Source of the DNA: Mobula birostris
Taxonomy: Eukaryota
NCBI RefSeq assembly: GCF_030028105.1
Contig: NC_092371.1
Span: 212,658,031-212,722,030, forward strand
Direction: 5' to 3'
Length of the DNA stretch: 64,000 nucleotides
Part shown: one piece after another, positions 48,183 through 61,300 of the stretch
How positions within the stretch are numbered: position 1 is the first letter of the stretch
How the letters are laid out: each line of letters starts with the position of its first letter
Made by a program: the position numbers and the translations under genes
Notes under the pieces: generated by a model
The model's database searches: none
What the model was told of the DNA's origin: nothing
The model's input: the letters and a program-made list of their open reading frames with translations, nothing else

Positions 48183-51100
48183 CCCATATAACCATATTAC
48201 AATTACAGCACGGAAACAGGCCATCTCGGCCCTTCTAGTCCGTGCTGAACGCTTACTCTCACCTAGTCTGATCTACCTGCACTCAGCCCACAACTCTCCA
48301 TTCCTTTCCTGTCCATATACCTATCCAATTTTTTTTTAAAATGACAAAATCTAACCTGCCTCTACCACTTCTACTGGAAGCTCGTTCCACAAAGCTACCA
48401 CTCTCTGAGTAAAGAAGTTCCCCCTAAACTTTTGCCCCTTAATCTCAACTCATGTCCTCTTGTTTGAATCTCCCCTACTCTCAATGGAAAAAGCCTATCC
48501 ACATCAACTCTATCTACCCGCCTAATTTTAAATACCTCTATTAAGTCCCCCCTCAACCTTCTACGCTCCAAAGAATAAAGACCTAACTTGTTCAACCTTT
48601 CTCTGTAACTTAGGTGCTGAAACCCAGGTAACATTCTAGTAAATCTTCTCTGTACTCTCTATTTTGTTGACATCTTTCCTATAATTTGGTGACCAGAACT
48701 GTACACAATACTCCAAATTTGGCCTCACCAATGTCTTCTACAATTTTAACACTATATCCCAACTCCTGTACTCAATGCTCTGATTTATAGAAACATAGAA
48801 AATAGGTGCAGGAGTAGGTCATTCGGCTCTTCGAGCCTGCACCGCCATTCAGTATGATCATGGCTAATCATCCAACTTAGAACCCTGTACCTGCTTTCTC
48901 TCCATACCCCCTGATCCTTTCAGCCACAAGGGCCATACCTAACTCAGTCTTAAAGGCCAGCATACCAAAAGCTTTCTTCACCACTCTATCCATATGAGAT
49001 TCCACCTTCAGGGAACTATGCACCATTACTCCTAGATCACTCTGTTATACTGCATTCCTCAATGCCCTACCATTTACCATGCATGTTCCATTTTGATTAG
49101 TCCTACCAAAATGTAGCTCCTCACACTTAACAGCATTAAACTTCATCTCCCATCTTTCAGCCCATTCTTCTAACTGGCCCAAATCTCTCTACAAGCTTTG
49201 AAAACCTACTTCATTTTCCATAATACCACCTATCTTAGTATCATCTGCATACTTACTAATCCAATTTACCACTCCATCATCCAGATCATTAATGTATATG
49301 ACAAGCAACATTGGACCCAGTACAGATCCCTGAGGCACACCACTAGTCACCGGTCTCCAACCTAACACACAGTTATCCACCACTACTCTCTGGCATCTCC
49401 CATCCAGCCACTGTTGAATCCATTTACTACTTCAATATTAATACCTAATGATTGAACCTTCCTAACTAACCTTCCATGTGGAACCTCGTCAAAGGCCTTA
49501 CTGAAATCCATATAGACAACATCCACCCCTTTACCCTCGTCAATTGTCCTAGTAATCTCTTCAAAAAATTCAATAAGATTTGTCAAACATGACCTTCCAC
49601 GCACAAATCCATGTTGACTGTTCCTAATCAGACCCTGTCTATCCAGATAATTATATATACCACCTCTAAGAATACTTTCCATTAATTTACCCACCACTGA
49701 CGTCAAACTTACAGGCCAATAATTGCTAGGTTTACTTTTAGAACCCTTTTTAAACAATGGAACAACATGAGCAGTACGCCAATCCTCCTGCACCATCCCT
49801 GCTTCTAATGACATTTGAAATATTTCTGTCAGAGCCCCTGCTATTTCTACACTAACTTCCCTCAAGATCCTAGGGAATATCCTGTCAGGACCCGGAGACC
49901 TATCCACTTTTATATTCCTTAAAAGCGCCAGTACTTCCTCTTCTTTAATCGTCATACTTTCCATAACTACCCTTCTTGTTTCCTTTACCTTACACAATTC
50001 AATATCCTTCTCCTTAGTGAATACTGAAGAAAAGAAATTGCTCAACATCTCCCCCATCTCTTTTGGCTCCACACATAGCTGTCCACTCTGATTCTCTTAG
50101 GGACCAACTTTATCCCTCACTATCCTTTTGCTATTAATAACTGTAGAAACCCTTGGGATTTATTTTCACCTTACTTGCCAAAGCAACCTCATATCTTCTT
50201 TTAGCTTTTCTAATTTCTTTAAGATTCTTTTTACATTCTTTATATTCCTCGAGCACCTCATTTACTCCAAGCTGCCTGTATTTATTGTAGATCTCTTTCT
50301 TTTTCAGAACCAAGTTTCCAATATCCCTTGCAAACCATGGCTCTCTCAAACTTCTAACCTTTCCTTTCAACCTAACAGGAACATAAAGATTCTGTACCCT
50401 CAAAATTTCACCTTTAAATGACCTCCACTTCTCTATTACATCCTTCCCATAAAACAAATTGTCCCAATCCACTCCTCCTAAATCCTTTCACATCTCCTCA
50501 AAGTTAGCCTTTCTCTAATCAAAAATCTCAACCCTGGGTCCAGTCCTATTCTTCTCCATAATTATATTGAAACTAATGGCATTGTGATCACTGGACCCGA
50601 AGTGCTCTGCAACACATACCCCCGTCACCTGACTTATCTCATTCCCTAACAGGAGATCTAACACTGCCCCTTCTCTAGTTGGTACCTCTATGTATTGCTG
50701 CAAAAAACTATCCTGCACACATTTTACAAACTCCAAACCATCCAGCCCTTTTACAGAATGTGCTTCCCCATCTATGTATGGAAAATTAATCTCCCACAAT
50801 CACAACCTTGTGCTTACTACAAATATCGCTATCTCCTTATAAATTTGCTCCTCCAATTCTCGCTCCCCATTAGGTGGTCTATAATACACCCCAATAAGCA
50901 TTACTGCACCTTTCCCATTCCTCAATTCCACCCAAATAGCCTCCCTAGATGAGCCCTCTAATCTATCCTGCCAAAGCACCACTGTAATATTTTCTCTGAC
51001 AAGCAATGCAACACCTCCCCCTCTTGCCCCTCCAATTCTATCACACCTGAAGCAACGATATCCAGGAATATTTAGTTGCCAATGACACCCCTCCTGCAAC

Positions 51101-52802
51101 CATGTTTCACTAATAGCTACAACATCATATTTCCAGGTATCAATCCATGCTCTAAGCTCATCCACCTTTCTTACAATGCTCCTAGCATTAAAATAAATGT
51201 ATTTAAGAAACTCTCCACCTCTTACTCTGTTTATCCCTAAAGGTGCAAACAATTTATTATCTTTTTCTTCCTTCTCCCCTACATCTTCGGTCTGAGCGCT
51301 CCCCTTCTCTGTCAGTGGCCAATCCTCCCTCACACACTGTCTACTAGCTTTTTCTGTTTGTGAACTAACCTCCTCCCTCTTAGTCTCTTCAATTTGATTT
51401 CCACCCCCTCAACCATTTTAGTTTAAAGTCTCCCCAGTAGCCTTTGCAAATCTTTCTGCCAGGATATTGGTCCCCCTAGGATTCAAGTGCAACCCGTCCT
51501 TTTTGTACAGGTCACACCTGCCCCAAAAGAGGTCCCAATGATCCAGAAACTTGAATCCCTGCCCCCTGCCCCAATCCCTCAGCCATGCATTTATCCTCCA
51601 TCTCATTCCATTCCTACTCTCAAGGTCGCGTGGAACAGGCAGTAATCCCGAGATTACTTCTTCTCAACTCCCTTCCTGACTCCCTATATTCTCCTTTCAG
51701 GACCTCTTCCCTTTTCCTACCCATGTCATTGGTACCTATATGTACCATGACCTCTGGCTCCTCACCCTCCCACTTCTGGATATCTTGGATGTGATCAGAA
51801 ACATCTCGGACTCTGGCACCAGGGAGGCAAACTACCATTCGGGTCTCTTGACTGCGTCCACAGAATCGCCTATCTGACCCCCTAACTATCAAGACCCCTA
51901 TTACTACTGCCCTCCTCTTCCCTCTTCCTTTCCCTACCCTTCTGAGCTACAGCGCTGGACTCTATGCTGTAGGCACGGCCACTGTTGCTTCCCCCAGGTA
52001 AGCTGTCTCCGCCCCCCCCTCCCCCAACAGTACTCAAACAGAAGTACTTGTTGTCAAGGGGCACAGCCACCGGGGTACTCTCTAGTACCTGACACTTCCC
52101 TTTCCCCCTCCTAACCGTGACCCACTTGTCTGCCTCCTGTGGCCCCAGTGTGACCACCTGCCTGTAACTCCTCTCTACCAACTCCTCACTCTCCCTGACC
52201 AGATGAAGGTCATCGAGCTGCAGCTCCAGTTCCCTAATATGGTCGCTTAGGAGCTGCAACTCAGCACACCTAGCGCAGATGTGGACGTCCAGGAGGCTAG
52301 GAGACTCCAGGACCTCCCACATCCGACACCAAGAACAACAAGCTGCCCTCACCCTCATACTTCCCCCTTTCCTCAAATAACAGGAAAAATTGAAAACCAA
52401 ACCTACTTTGCCTCGCCCGCTTCAGCCAAAGCCCTTAAGCCTTCACCCTGTTCCCGGCTCACTTCGCTACCCGCAAACCAACGCTGCCTGCTGTATAAGG
52501 CTATGTTCCTTTTAAATCTTCTGCGCTTCACTACCCGTCACACGCCTGCGCGGTCCCACCTCTCACCTCCGATGAAAAGAAAAAATCAAAATGGCTCCCG
52601 CCACACTCCCGCTCCGATTCTCAGACTTCCTTCTCCAAATTAAACCCGAACCAGGATTTCTGACCTTTTAAATCTTCCGCGTTTCACTGCCCGATGTCAC
52701 ACGCCTGCGCAGTCCCGCCTCTCTTAACTCCGATGAGAAGCAAAAATCAAAATGGCTCCCGCCGCACTCCCGCTCCAATTCTCAGACTTCCTTCTCCAAA
52801 TT
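48183..52802 (-). mobile_element. Near full-length CR1 LINE (5' UTR, ORF1 zinc finger and SGNH esterase, ORF2 APE and RT), frameshifted, in a DNAJC5G intron
   Basis: ORF1: CCSWC..HICARC, coiled coil, CLPGARV..HIGTND, DGLHLN. ORF2: YFNARSI, VAISETWL, GVYYRPPN, SDHNAI, QHGFVRGRSCLTNL, YMDFSKAFD, GVPQGSVLGP, YADDTK. A short second CR1 3' end is nested at about 48790-48950. Confidence 0.95.
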
Positions 52803-53258
52803 GATCAGTTGATGGGGGCAGTTGGAGAGGAAAAACGAAAAGTTATGAATTAAGGGCAGTTTGAAGAATGCACAGAAACACTGTAGCTGCGTGGAATGAA
52901 TGTATATGAACTGCAATGCAGTCACCCAATTAGCATTTGATTTCTCTAATGAAGGGGAAATCACTTGTTGAGCTGCAAAAGTAGCACACAAGATTGGAGA
53001 AAGTAGGAGGGCTGTTTGGATTGCTAGAAAGGGAATAGATAGAAGAACAAGTGTCACATCTCCACTGGTTTCATAGAAAAATGCAAAAGGGAGTGGTTGG
53101 AATCAGTGGTGGCATTTTAGAAGCTGCCATAAAGCATGCTCATATTTTTTTAATTCTGAATGATAATATTCTGAACTATTCCAAGAGAATAATTTTACAT
53201 AATTATTGGAACATTAAGAATGAATAGATTTCAAATTAGATTTAACAATATTTCATAC

Positions 53259-53368
53259 CTATATGCCTTTTTGATCTCCTCTGGTGTAGCTCCTTTCTCT
53301 AATCCCAATGCCTTATACAAACTTTCACCTGTTCGAGACATCGACCGCTGAAGTCGTGGTGCAGACAT
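53259..53368 (-). CDS. DNAJC5G: Cysteine string protein (DNAJC5G-like) first coding exon; the exon begins at 53380 with 12 nt of 5' UTR
   Basis: Not in the ORF track; read by hand. Acceptor ttcttacag|CTACCTGCCAAC-ATG, then [36 protein letters not shown](R) and donor AG|GTATGA. This is the start of a J-domain with a CSP-type N-terminus. Confidence 0.92.
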
Positions 53369-53479
53369 GTTGGCAGGTAGCTGTAAGAAATGAACAGGTT
53401 TTTAAATCTAATGTAAGGGCATTTTCACTGATCTGTGTAAAAAAAATCCCTCAGACAGCTGCAGCTCATTCAGAACGCT

Positions 53480-53990
53480 CCTCCTAGAGTCCTCACTAAG
53501 ATAAAGAAAGTAGAACCTATCAGTCCAGTTCTCAGATCGCTACACTGGCTTCCTGTCCAGAGAACTGATTTTAAAATAATGCTACTGGTTTATAAAATTT
53601 AAACGGTCTAGGGCCAAAATACATCTCTGATCTCTTGCTGCATTACGAACCTTCCCAAGTTCTCAGGTCATCTGGGGCAGGTCTGCTACAGTCCCCAGGG
53701 TCAAAACTAAATATAGTGAAGGAGCTTTTAGTTACTATGCTCCACGTATCTGAAAACTTTCCAGGGGATCTGAAGTCTGCCCCAACTTTAAGCTCTTAAA
53801 TCAAGGCTTAGTACTTTCCTTTTTGCTGTAGCTTTTAATTAGAAGCTCCTGCACTGCAACTTCAATTTATCATATCTATTTGTGATTTTATTCTTATATA
53901 TTGTTTGAAATTTGATATTCGATTTCTGTGTAAAGCACTTTGAACTGCCCTGAGTTTGAAAAGTGCTATACAAATAAACTTGCTTGCTTA
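53480..53990 (+). mobile_element. L2-clade LINE 3' fragment
   Basis: Encodes SPVLRSLHWLPV...LGPKYISDLLLHYEPSQVLRSSGAGLL..PRVKTK, and ends AAAGTGCTATACAAATAAACTTGCTTGCT. Confidence 0.85.
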
Positions 53991-54069
53991 AAATGAAGTG
54001 GACTGGTTCTCTTCACCCACTCCCCACAATATGCATTTTTTGAAAGCTAGAGGAAAAATTATTTATACA

Positions 54070-55080
54070 GCATAGAAAACATGTATATATACAAGCAAGC
54101 CTGCCAAAGGCACCTCCCTGAGCCAGTCCCATTTTGCTACAATTATTCCATATCACTCTAAATCTTTCCTATCCAGCCACCTGTCTAAATATCCCATAAA
54201 CATTGTAAAATTGTTTACTTTTTTTTGGCAGCTTGTTTCACATACCCACCACTCTGTGTGAAAAGCTTGCCCTCAAGTCTCCTTTAAATCTTTCCCCTCC
54301 CACCCTAAATCCATGCCCTCTATTATCCTGGGGCCGGAGGGGGGACCATCTATGCCCCTCATATCTCTGTAATGTCACCCTTTGGCCTCCTACACTCCAG
54401 AGAAAATAGCCCCAGACTTTTCAGCCTCTCCAGCCTCTCCTTACAATTTAAGCTGTCTAGACTCTTTCACCACCGTCCACCTACATTATGCCACACTTTT
54501 AGGGAATTGTGTAATTATACCCCCCTCTCCTATCACCAGAACCCTGCCATTTAATATGCATGTCCAGCTGAGGGTTACCTTTCCAAGATGTGACACTTTA
54601 AGTTAAATTCCTTCTGCCATTCATAGGCCCACTTTCCCAGTTGATCTGGATCCTGTTCTCAGGTAACCATCTCCACTGTTCACCGTATCATCAATTTGTG
54701 TCATGCAGAAATTTACCAACCACATCAGCTACATTCTCATCCAAATTAATATGGATGACAAACAACCATCAAGCCAATTCTGCATTCAACTGGTTAGCTC
54801 ATATCTGATCTAACTATTCAGAACTGGCTACCATGCAGAACATTACCTGCAACCTAACACCCTGTCCTCACCAATCCTCTTGGTCACTTCTCTAAAATAA
54901 AAACAACTTTGTGAGAATTTCTCATTCACAAAGTCATGCTGACAAATCAACCCTCGTCTTTTCACTTGCAAGGATTCTGGTTCCTCAATCTCCTCTGGTT
55001 ACTTTCTCATTACTGGTGTTATAGGCTCACCAGCTTTAGCTCCCTGGCTTGTCTATGTAGCTCCTCTTAAAAGCCCAACA
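54070..55080 (-). mobile_element. Old CR1 fragment, probably resuming at about 56830-57540
   Basis: Degenerate CR1 3' and RT similarity. ORF 56782-57138 contains EEIAGTLVEIF..S...VLESWRLTNV. Confidence 0.6.
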
Positions 55081-55139
55081 TTGCCACCTCTTAACCATCA
55101 GGCTCTTGAACCAAAGGGGATAACTTCACTCAATTTGAC

Positions 55140-55562
55140 TTGCTCATTTAAATGTCTGAAGTTCTCAGTCATCCAGGTCATTGCATATCGAGCAGTAGTA
55201 AATCAAGACAAGTGGACTTGCTGTGTTGTCCAGAAGGTGTTTCATCACTCATCTGAGAGGCTTCATCCGTTCTGATCCATGGTGGGTAGTTTCCCAGCTT
55301 ATAAAGTCTGAGTTATTTAAAGGTACAGCAATTGCATGAGTGTCATTCAGAGTCGTAAAAGTGATGAGAGGTTTATTAGTCTGATCTTTACATCAATGGA
55401 GGTGTGAACTGTTGTGGAGACACCGGGGTAGAGATGTTAGGACTACATTACAAGTAGCTGAAGGGTGGTGTCGTACTTTATCCCCTTCTGTTCAGGGATG
55501 GATTTTCTAGTTTGACAAAAATGGCTTCTATAACCCCTCTTTAAAACCACCCATCTTCCCTG
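55140..55562 (-). mobile_element. Penelope-like (Poseidon-type) 3' fragment: GIY-YIG C-terminus and pLTR
   Basis: The minus strand reads REDGWF*RGVIEAIFVKLENPSLNRRG / frameshift / VRHHPSATCNVV, matching a recalled Penelope-like endonuclease C-terminus (REDRWFERGVKEAIYVK...PSLNRGGGLRHHLS). A hammerhead-like motif follows at 55274-55231. Confidence 0.8.
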
Positions 55563-56793
55563 TACCAGCAAATTGTCCAGGAAAATGTCAGGGTATCCGT
55601 CTGTGAAATGAAGCTCATGAGAAAGTGGGTCATGCACCAAGACAACGACCCTAAACGCACAAGTCACTTTACTAAAGAATGGTTAAAGAAGAAGAAATTT
55701 CACATTTTGGAATGGCTGAATCAAAGTCCTGACATTAGAAATGTTGTGGAAGGACCTGAAACAAGCAGTTCAGAATCAGGTTTATTATCACCGGCATGTA
55801 TCGTGAAATTTGTTAACTCAGCAAGGAAGTCCACCAACATCCCAGAGTTGAAGCAGTTTTGTAAGGTGGAATGGCCTTAAATTCCTCCAAGCCGATATGC
55901 AGGACTGGAAATATTTGGTTGAAGTTATTGTTGTACAAGGAGGGTCACACCAGTTACTGAAAGCAAAAGTTTACATACTTTTTCCAACAAATACATGTAA
56001 TATTGGACCCTTTTTTTCCAACAAATAAATGAACAAGTATAATGTTTGTGTTTTTTTTTAATTAGATTAGATTATGAAGACATGTAGTCCTCTTTTATTG
56101 TCATTTAGTACTGCATGCATTAAGAAATGATACATTATTTCCTCCGGTGTGATATCACAAAACACAGGACAGACCAAGACTGAAAAAACTGACAAAACCA
56201 CAAAATTATAACATATAGTTACAAACAGTGCAACAATACCATAACTTGATGAAGAAGTCCATGAGCACAGTAAAGTTCAAAGTTTCTCAAATGTCCCACA
56301 TCTCACGCAGACGAGAGAAGGAAGAAAAACTCTCCCTGCCGTGCCAACCACAATCCGACTCTGAGTCATCCGAAAACTTCAAGCTCTGATCAACTCTCTG
56401 ACACAGAGTACTGAGCGCCATCTCTGTCCGAATGATTCGACCTCCTTCTCGGTCGCCAAAAGCAGGCAAGGTCGGGGGGATTTTGAGGCCTACCCTCCGG
56501 AAGATTCCCGACCACACAGTAACGACAGCAGCAAACCGGCGTTTCAGAAATTTCTCTGTGCTTTCAAGTCCATTCTCCATCAAATCAGAATTGTCCATGG
56601 CCCCTATTTAACAGATACGACATCATTTTTCACCGGAGGGCTGTGCACACGCAGGCGTGCTGCCACCTTCTCCATTTACATGGGTTGTCTTTATCTAGTT
56701 TTAGGACTTGCATGAAGATCTGATCACATTTTAGGTCATATTTATGCAGAAAAAGAAAGTTCTAAAGGGTTCACAAATTTTCTAGCACCACTG
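55563..56793 (+). mobile_element. Tc1 transposon 3' half with right terminus
   Basis: Encodes KLMRKWVMHQDNDPKRTS...EWLNQSPD (Tc1 DDE region). The terminus GGGTTCACAAATTTTCTAGCACCACTG|TA is at about 56793. Interrupted by an insertion at 56063-56672. Confidence 0.85.
56063..56672 (-). mobile_element. About 610-bp non-autonomous retroelement (same family as 15668-16315)
   Basis: The reverse complement shares the head (GGAGAAGGTGG...ACAATTCTGATTTGATGGAGA...TTCTGAAA) and the tail (GCACTGTTG.AACTATATGTTATAATT...ATGACAATAAAAGAGGACT...TCTAATCTAA) with 15668-16315. Confidence 0.85.
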
Positions 56794-57240
56794 TATATGT
56801 AGTTTGATAATAAATTTACTTTGAACATTAGTCAACCTCCAGCTTTCTAGTACCTCTCTTGCGGCTAATGGCAATTCAAATATTTCTACCAGGGTCCCAG
56901 CAATTTCTTCCCAGATTTCTTCACTATTCTTAGGATACATTTGGTCAGGCACCAAGGCTTGGCAACTTTGTGGTTTAAGACTACTATCATTTTCTCTTGT
57001 AATGTGGATATGTTTCAGGAAATCATTTCTCTTCTCAGCTTCCATGACCTGCACCTCAGTAAATACAGAGGTATTCATGCAAGACTTGACCCACCTCACG
57101 TTGTTCCACATATTTAAAGGATGCCCATTTTCTCCCAAGTTACCTTTTAATCCTTGATATTCTTGGAGAATTTCTGATTCTCCATTACCTACTCTGCCAA
57201 GACGTTATTTCCCCTTCTTGTCCTCCTACTTCCCTTATGC

Positions 57241-57312
57241 CGGCTGGTGGCATAGTGGCATCAGCGCTGGACTTCGGGGCGAGAGGTCCCGAGTTCGAAT
57301 CCAGACGGCCCC
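57241..57312 (+). mobile_element. tRNA-like SINE head (same family as 35057-35265)
   Basis: TGGCATAGTGG A-box and GAGTTCGAATCC B-box, without a convincing full cloverleaf or acceptor stem. Confidence 0.7.
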
Positions 57313-57559
57313 CGGTAAGAGCTGGTGATCCAGAATTGTGATATCCTCCATGAAACATTGTTCGCTAATCGTGCCAGCCTTGTCCTTCATTTGAACAGAA
57401 ACACTTGGATCCACAACTATCTCACTGTTGAAGGACTCCTATTTGCCACATATCATTTTATTAATACCCTCTCCTAATCTTTTTTCAAGGTCCTGTCTAA
57501 TGCCATCAAAATTAGCCTTCCTCATTATGGACTTTCTTGTGCATGCAGACAAGGAGGAC

Positions 57560-58330
57560 AACCAAGTGATCAGATTTACCAAAAATATGGTCTGGGCATA
57601 GAACTGTAGCCATTCCTCATCTTAGTATAACAATGATCAAGTCACTAGTGTGTTGGGACCTCTGGCACTATACATTATGTGCTGATGGTAATTGGGCATA
57701 GATTTCTTCAAAAAAGCCTGGTTAAGGTCCCCGACTATGATTTGAAATGCGTCAGAATGAACTTTCTTGTTTAGAGATGGCATCATACAGTGTCTCAGGC
57801 GCTTCATTATAGTCAGCCGCTGGTTGTATGTAAAGTATGGTCAGGATTATGGAGAACTTCCAAGATAAATAGAATGGATAGCATTTGATTATTAGGTGTT
57901 TAAGGTTGTGGGAACGACTTTGACAAAACCACCACATCAGAGCACCAAAGAGAGTTTATATGAAACACACCTTCATCTCTTGTCTTTGTTGAATCAGCAT
58001 TTTGGTCCATCCTGTGACTCAAGAAGCCTTCGAGTCTGATCACCTTATCTGGCATGCTGGGAGTAAGCCATGTCCTAGTTGCACATAGAATACAACAATC
58101 TCACATTTCCCTCCGATACAGGTCCTCAATTTTGTTTTCCAGTGACTGCTCATTTGCTAACGAGATGCCAGGTAGAGGGTGTCCCATTCCCCTGATTCAG
58201 CCTGGCTTGGAGTCTCCTCCTACTCCCTTCCTTACTTCCACCTATAGCAAAGAACCTTCATCTGTTGAAAGATGCCGTACCTGCTTAAGAGTTAAGTACG
58301 CCAAGCCCATTAGAAAACTGAGAAATCTGT
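57560..58330 (-). mobile_element. Rex1/Babar endonuclease-domain fragment
   Basis: Encodes HLIIKCYPFYL..FSIILT.LYIQP.AD...LYDAISKQE / DAFQIIVGDLNQA.LKK..PNYHQH, an APE domain of the Rex1 type. Confidence 0.75.
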
Positions 58331-61300
58331 AGTTCATTAAGTTGAATTAAAAGTACATTGCTTACAGAAATTACATGCTGCAGATTGCAGTGAGAGTAGT
58401 TCAAAAGACATATTGTATGTAGCCAGCAAAACGTTGCCATGGTTCTTGCTTAATTCATAATGATTAGAATTATTCAAACTGGATTTCTTCAGAATCAAAT
58501 TTGGCAGTATATGGAACAGGAGAAAGTCAATGAATGAAAATCAAAATGTGCAAGAGAGGTGTTATTCACCAAGGGACAATTTGTAAAAGGAAAAAATGGC
58601 AGCGAATAGATAAAGGAGAGGAAGTTTGGTTGACCATGTCATTGATTATAAGAATTTGAAGGAGTTTCATTAAAGACAGCATTTATGATTAGTCTGGTAT
58701 CTTGACAGGGTTGTTTACCTGGTAAGAGAATTTAAAAGGTAACTGCAGAAACATAAGCAGTTGCAAGATTTAAAGACTGGAAAAGAAAGCAATGTTGAAA
58801 TTGGGTCAGTATTAGTTTTGAAAAGAGACAATGACCCAAAAAAGATATTACCTTAGGTTCGTCCTTTAAAATTGCAATGCTTTCCAGATTGTACTGTGCA
58901 TTAGAAATCAGGGTCAAAAATTTGTAGGATCAGAATCTTCAGCAAAAGAGTTTTAGTCTATACAACTGAACAATGGATTATATTTGTTGGATTGTATCAA
59001 AATGGACTGCTGTGTATAACTGTGCTTAAAAAAAAATCAGTTCTAACAACCACACCTAACATGTCACCCCACGCCTAACATGTCACCTTAGCACATGACG
59101 GCTTTGGACTTTTTTAATGGAGCAACCATACACTGCTGTGCAAACATCAGCATTTCAGGCATTTCATCTGATCATACTATGAAGGACTTGCTGAGCTATA
59201 GAGTTTTGGGGTAGTGCTACATACAAAATAAACTATTCTTCAGAATTCCAAATTTAAATTGATTTCTCCAATTACCTCCACAATTATTACCGAAATATAC
59301 AAAACCAATAATAATTGCTCCAATGTACAAAAACAATTTCGTGTAAGCAAGTTTTGAAACTCAGTTCACACAATGTCACTCATTCAGCCTCTAAAAAAAA
59401 TTACTTCCTAAATACTGACCAAGTTCGAGATACTTAAGAGGTTTGACTCTGCATCTTATGACATACATCAAAGTTGAATGCAATTAAGGTTTAATAGTTT
59501 TCACTGGTGCTGCTCTTTGACAGGGTTAATTAGTCTCATTCCCATACAATTACAAGTTCTCTCCCCCTCTCCAAGTGCTATTTACATTACATTCCAGTTC
59601 ACAATTAATTGACATGACAGTTCTTGTCAACTTGCTATGCAAGTCAAAATATTCTTTTCTCTTCCCTCTGGCTCCACCAACAATTATATTCTGTGCCTCT
59701 GGCTGTCTGCCAATGGAAATACTTTTTATTACTTACTCTAACTAACAGTCAATTCTGAACACTGCTTTCTTATTTTACTGATCATCAACTATCCATGCAA
59801 ATGGTAAAAGTTTAAAAAAGGAAATTATCCCCTTCGGAAAACATTTGGTCAAACATCCAAAATGTTACTGTTTATGCACTTTGACTCCCCACTGATAATA
59901 CCAGACTTGGAGAATTTGCAGAGCTTTTACTTCCAACTTGCTTTGTCACTCATTTTTTTCTTCAGACATCACAAAATGTGTTTCTGATATAATTCAATTG
60001 TCCAAATTTATTCTCCTACAAACATAATGGCATCTTCAAGGACTCCTGCACCTCAAAACACTGGAGAGACACCAAGTTTCTCTCCAAAGAAACCAGTACA
60101 ATGGGCAGGCCCCATCAGTCACATGCCTTAACAGGAAACACCAAAATGAGCCACAATAATCAAAACTCTCATAATAACAAATAGCCAGGCAGACTGAAGA
60201 GTCAAGGATACTCTCAAAGGCTCTTTTCAAAATCGGGTTTCATGGTAGTTGAGTGGTAGCATGGCAAAATTAAAGCTCAAGGCATTCCGGAGTTTGGAAT
60301 TCAATCCTGGGGCCACTCTTTAAGAAATCTCTGTATATCCTGCGTGGGTTTCCCCCCCGGGTGCTCCAGTTTCCTCTCAGGTAGTAATCCTTGTCAATTA
60401 TCCCATCATTAAATTAGGTTTGTGCGGCAGTGTAATTCAAAGGGTTGGAGGGGCCTACTCCAAACTATACCACTAAATTTTTTAAAAATGCAATACTCCC
60501 ACCAACTGTTGGGAATTGCTAACCCATGGCCATTCTGCATTCTCTGAAGACACCATGTCTAAGCATCAGAACCAACTCAAAACAGCCACTCTCACCATGC
60601 GCTTCCAGCCCCACGTACTTTATCTCAACTCACATTGCCAAAGTGGCCTAATCAGTCATCATACTATTGTTTATGGTACTTCGTTGCATACCACAGTCAT
60701 ATTACCTTCATTACAACAGTGACTGATTCTTTGGCTGTAAAGGACATTAGGGTATTGAGAGGTCATGAAAGCTACCAAATAAACACCATTTGCAACATTA
60801 ATTACATTGTACTCCAGTATAAAGCTACCAAATTCAAGTGTACCATCTTTCTTCTTTCATCCATTCCTTCCTGTCTTCCATTAAACTAACAAATTTTTGT
60901 TTGGCCATAGTTAATTCATTTGGTTTACGTTAGTTAAATTGGAAAGAAGATTAGTGACGATTAACCAGATGATCTAAACAGGAGTACAATTGTATTAGAC
61001 AGCTTTTGTTATACATACACCAATTGGAAATGTACACCTAACATTGCACCAAAGTTGCACTGAAACACTATAAGTGGTTACAAGCTCAGTAGAAGAGAAA
61101 TTGCTGGAAATATGCACCAAGTCACACAGCATTTGCAGACAGAACACTTAATATTTCTGTTGACATTAACTTGAAAAAGTTAAGAGGAAATGAAGAGAAC
61201 AAAAGATGTGTCTGTGATGGAGTGGATACACAGAGTAATAAAAGGTTAGAAAAGTGATAAAGGGTAGCAGATCAGAGCAAGAGTTTGTCCAGTCGATACA

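Noticed and set aside
57241-57312. Possible tRNA gene
   Set aside because: It has A and B boxes but no convincing acceptor stem. The same head occurs at about 35200-35262 attached to a SINE body and (TTC)n tail, so it is SINE-derived.
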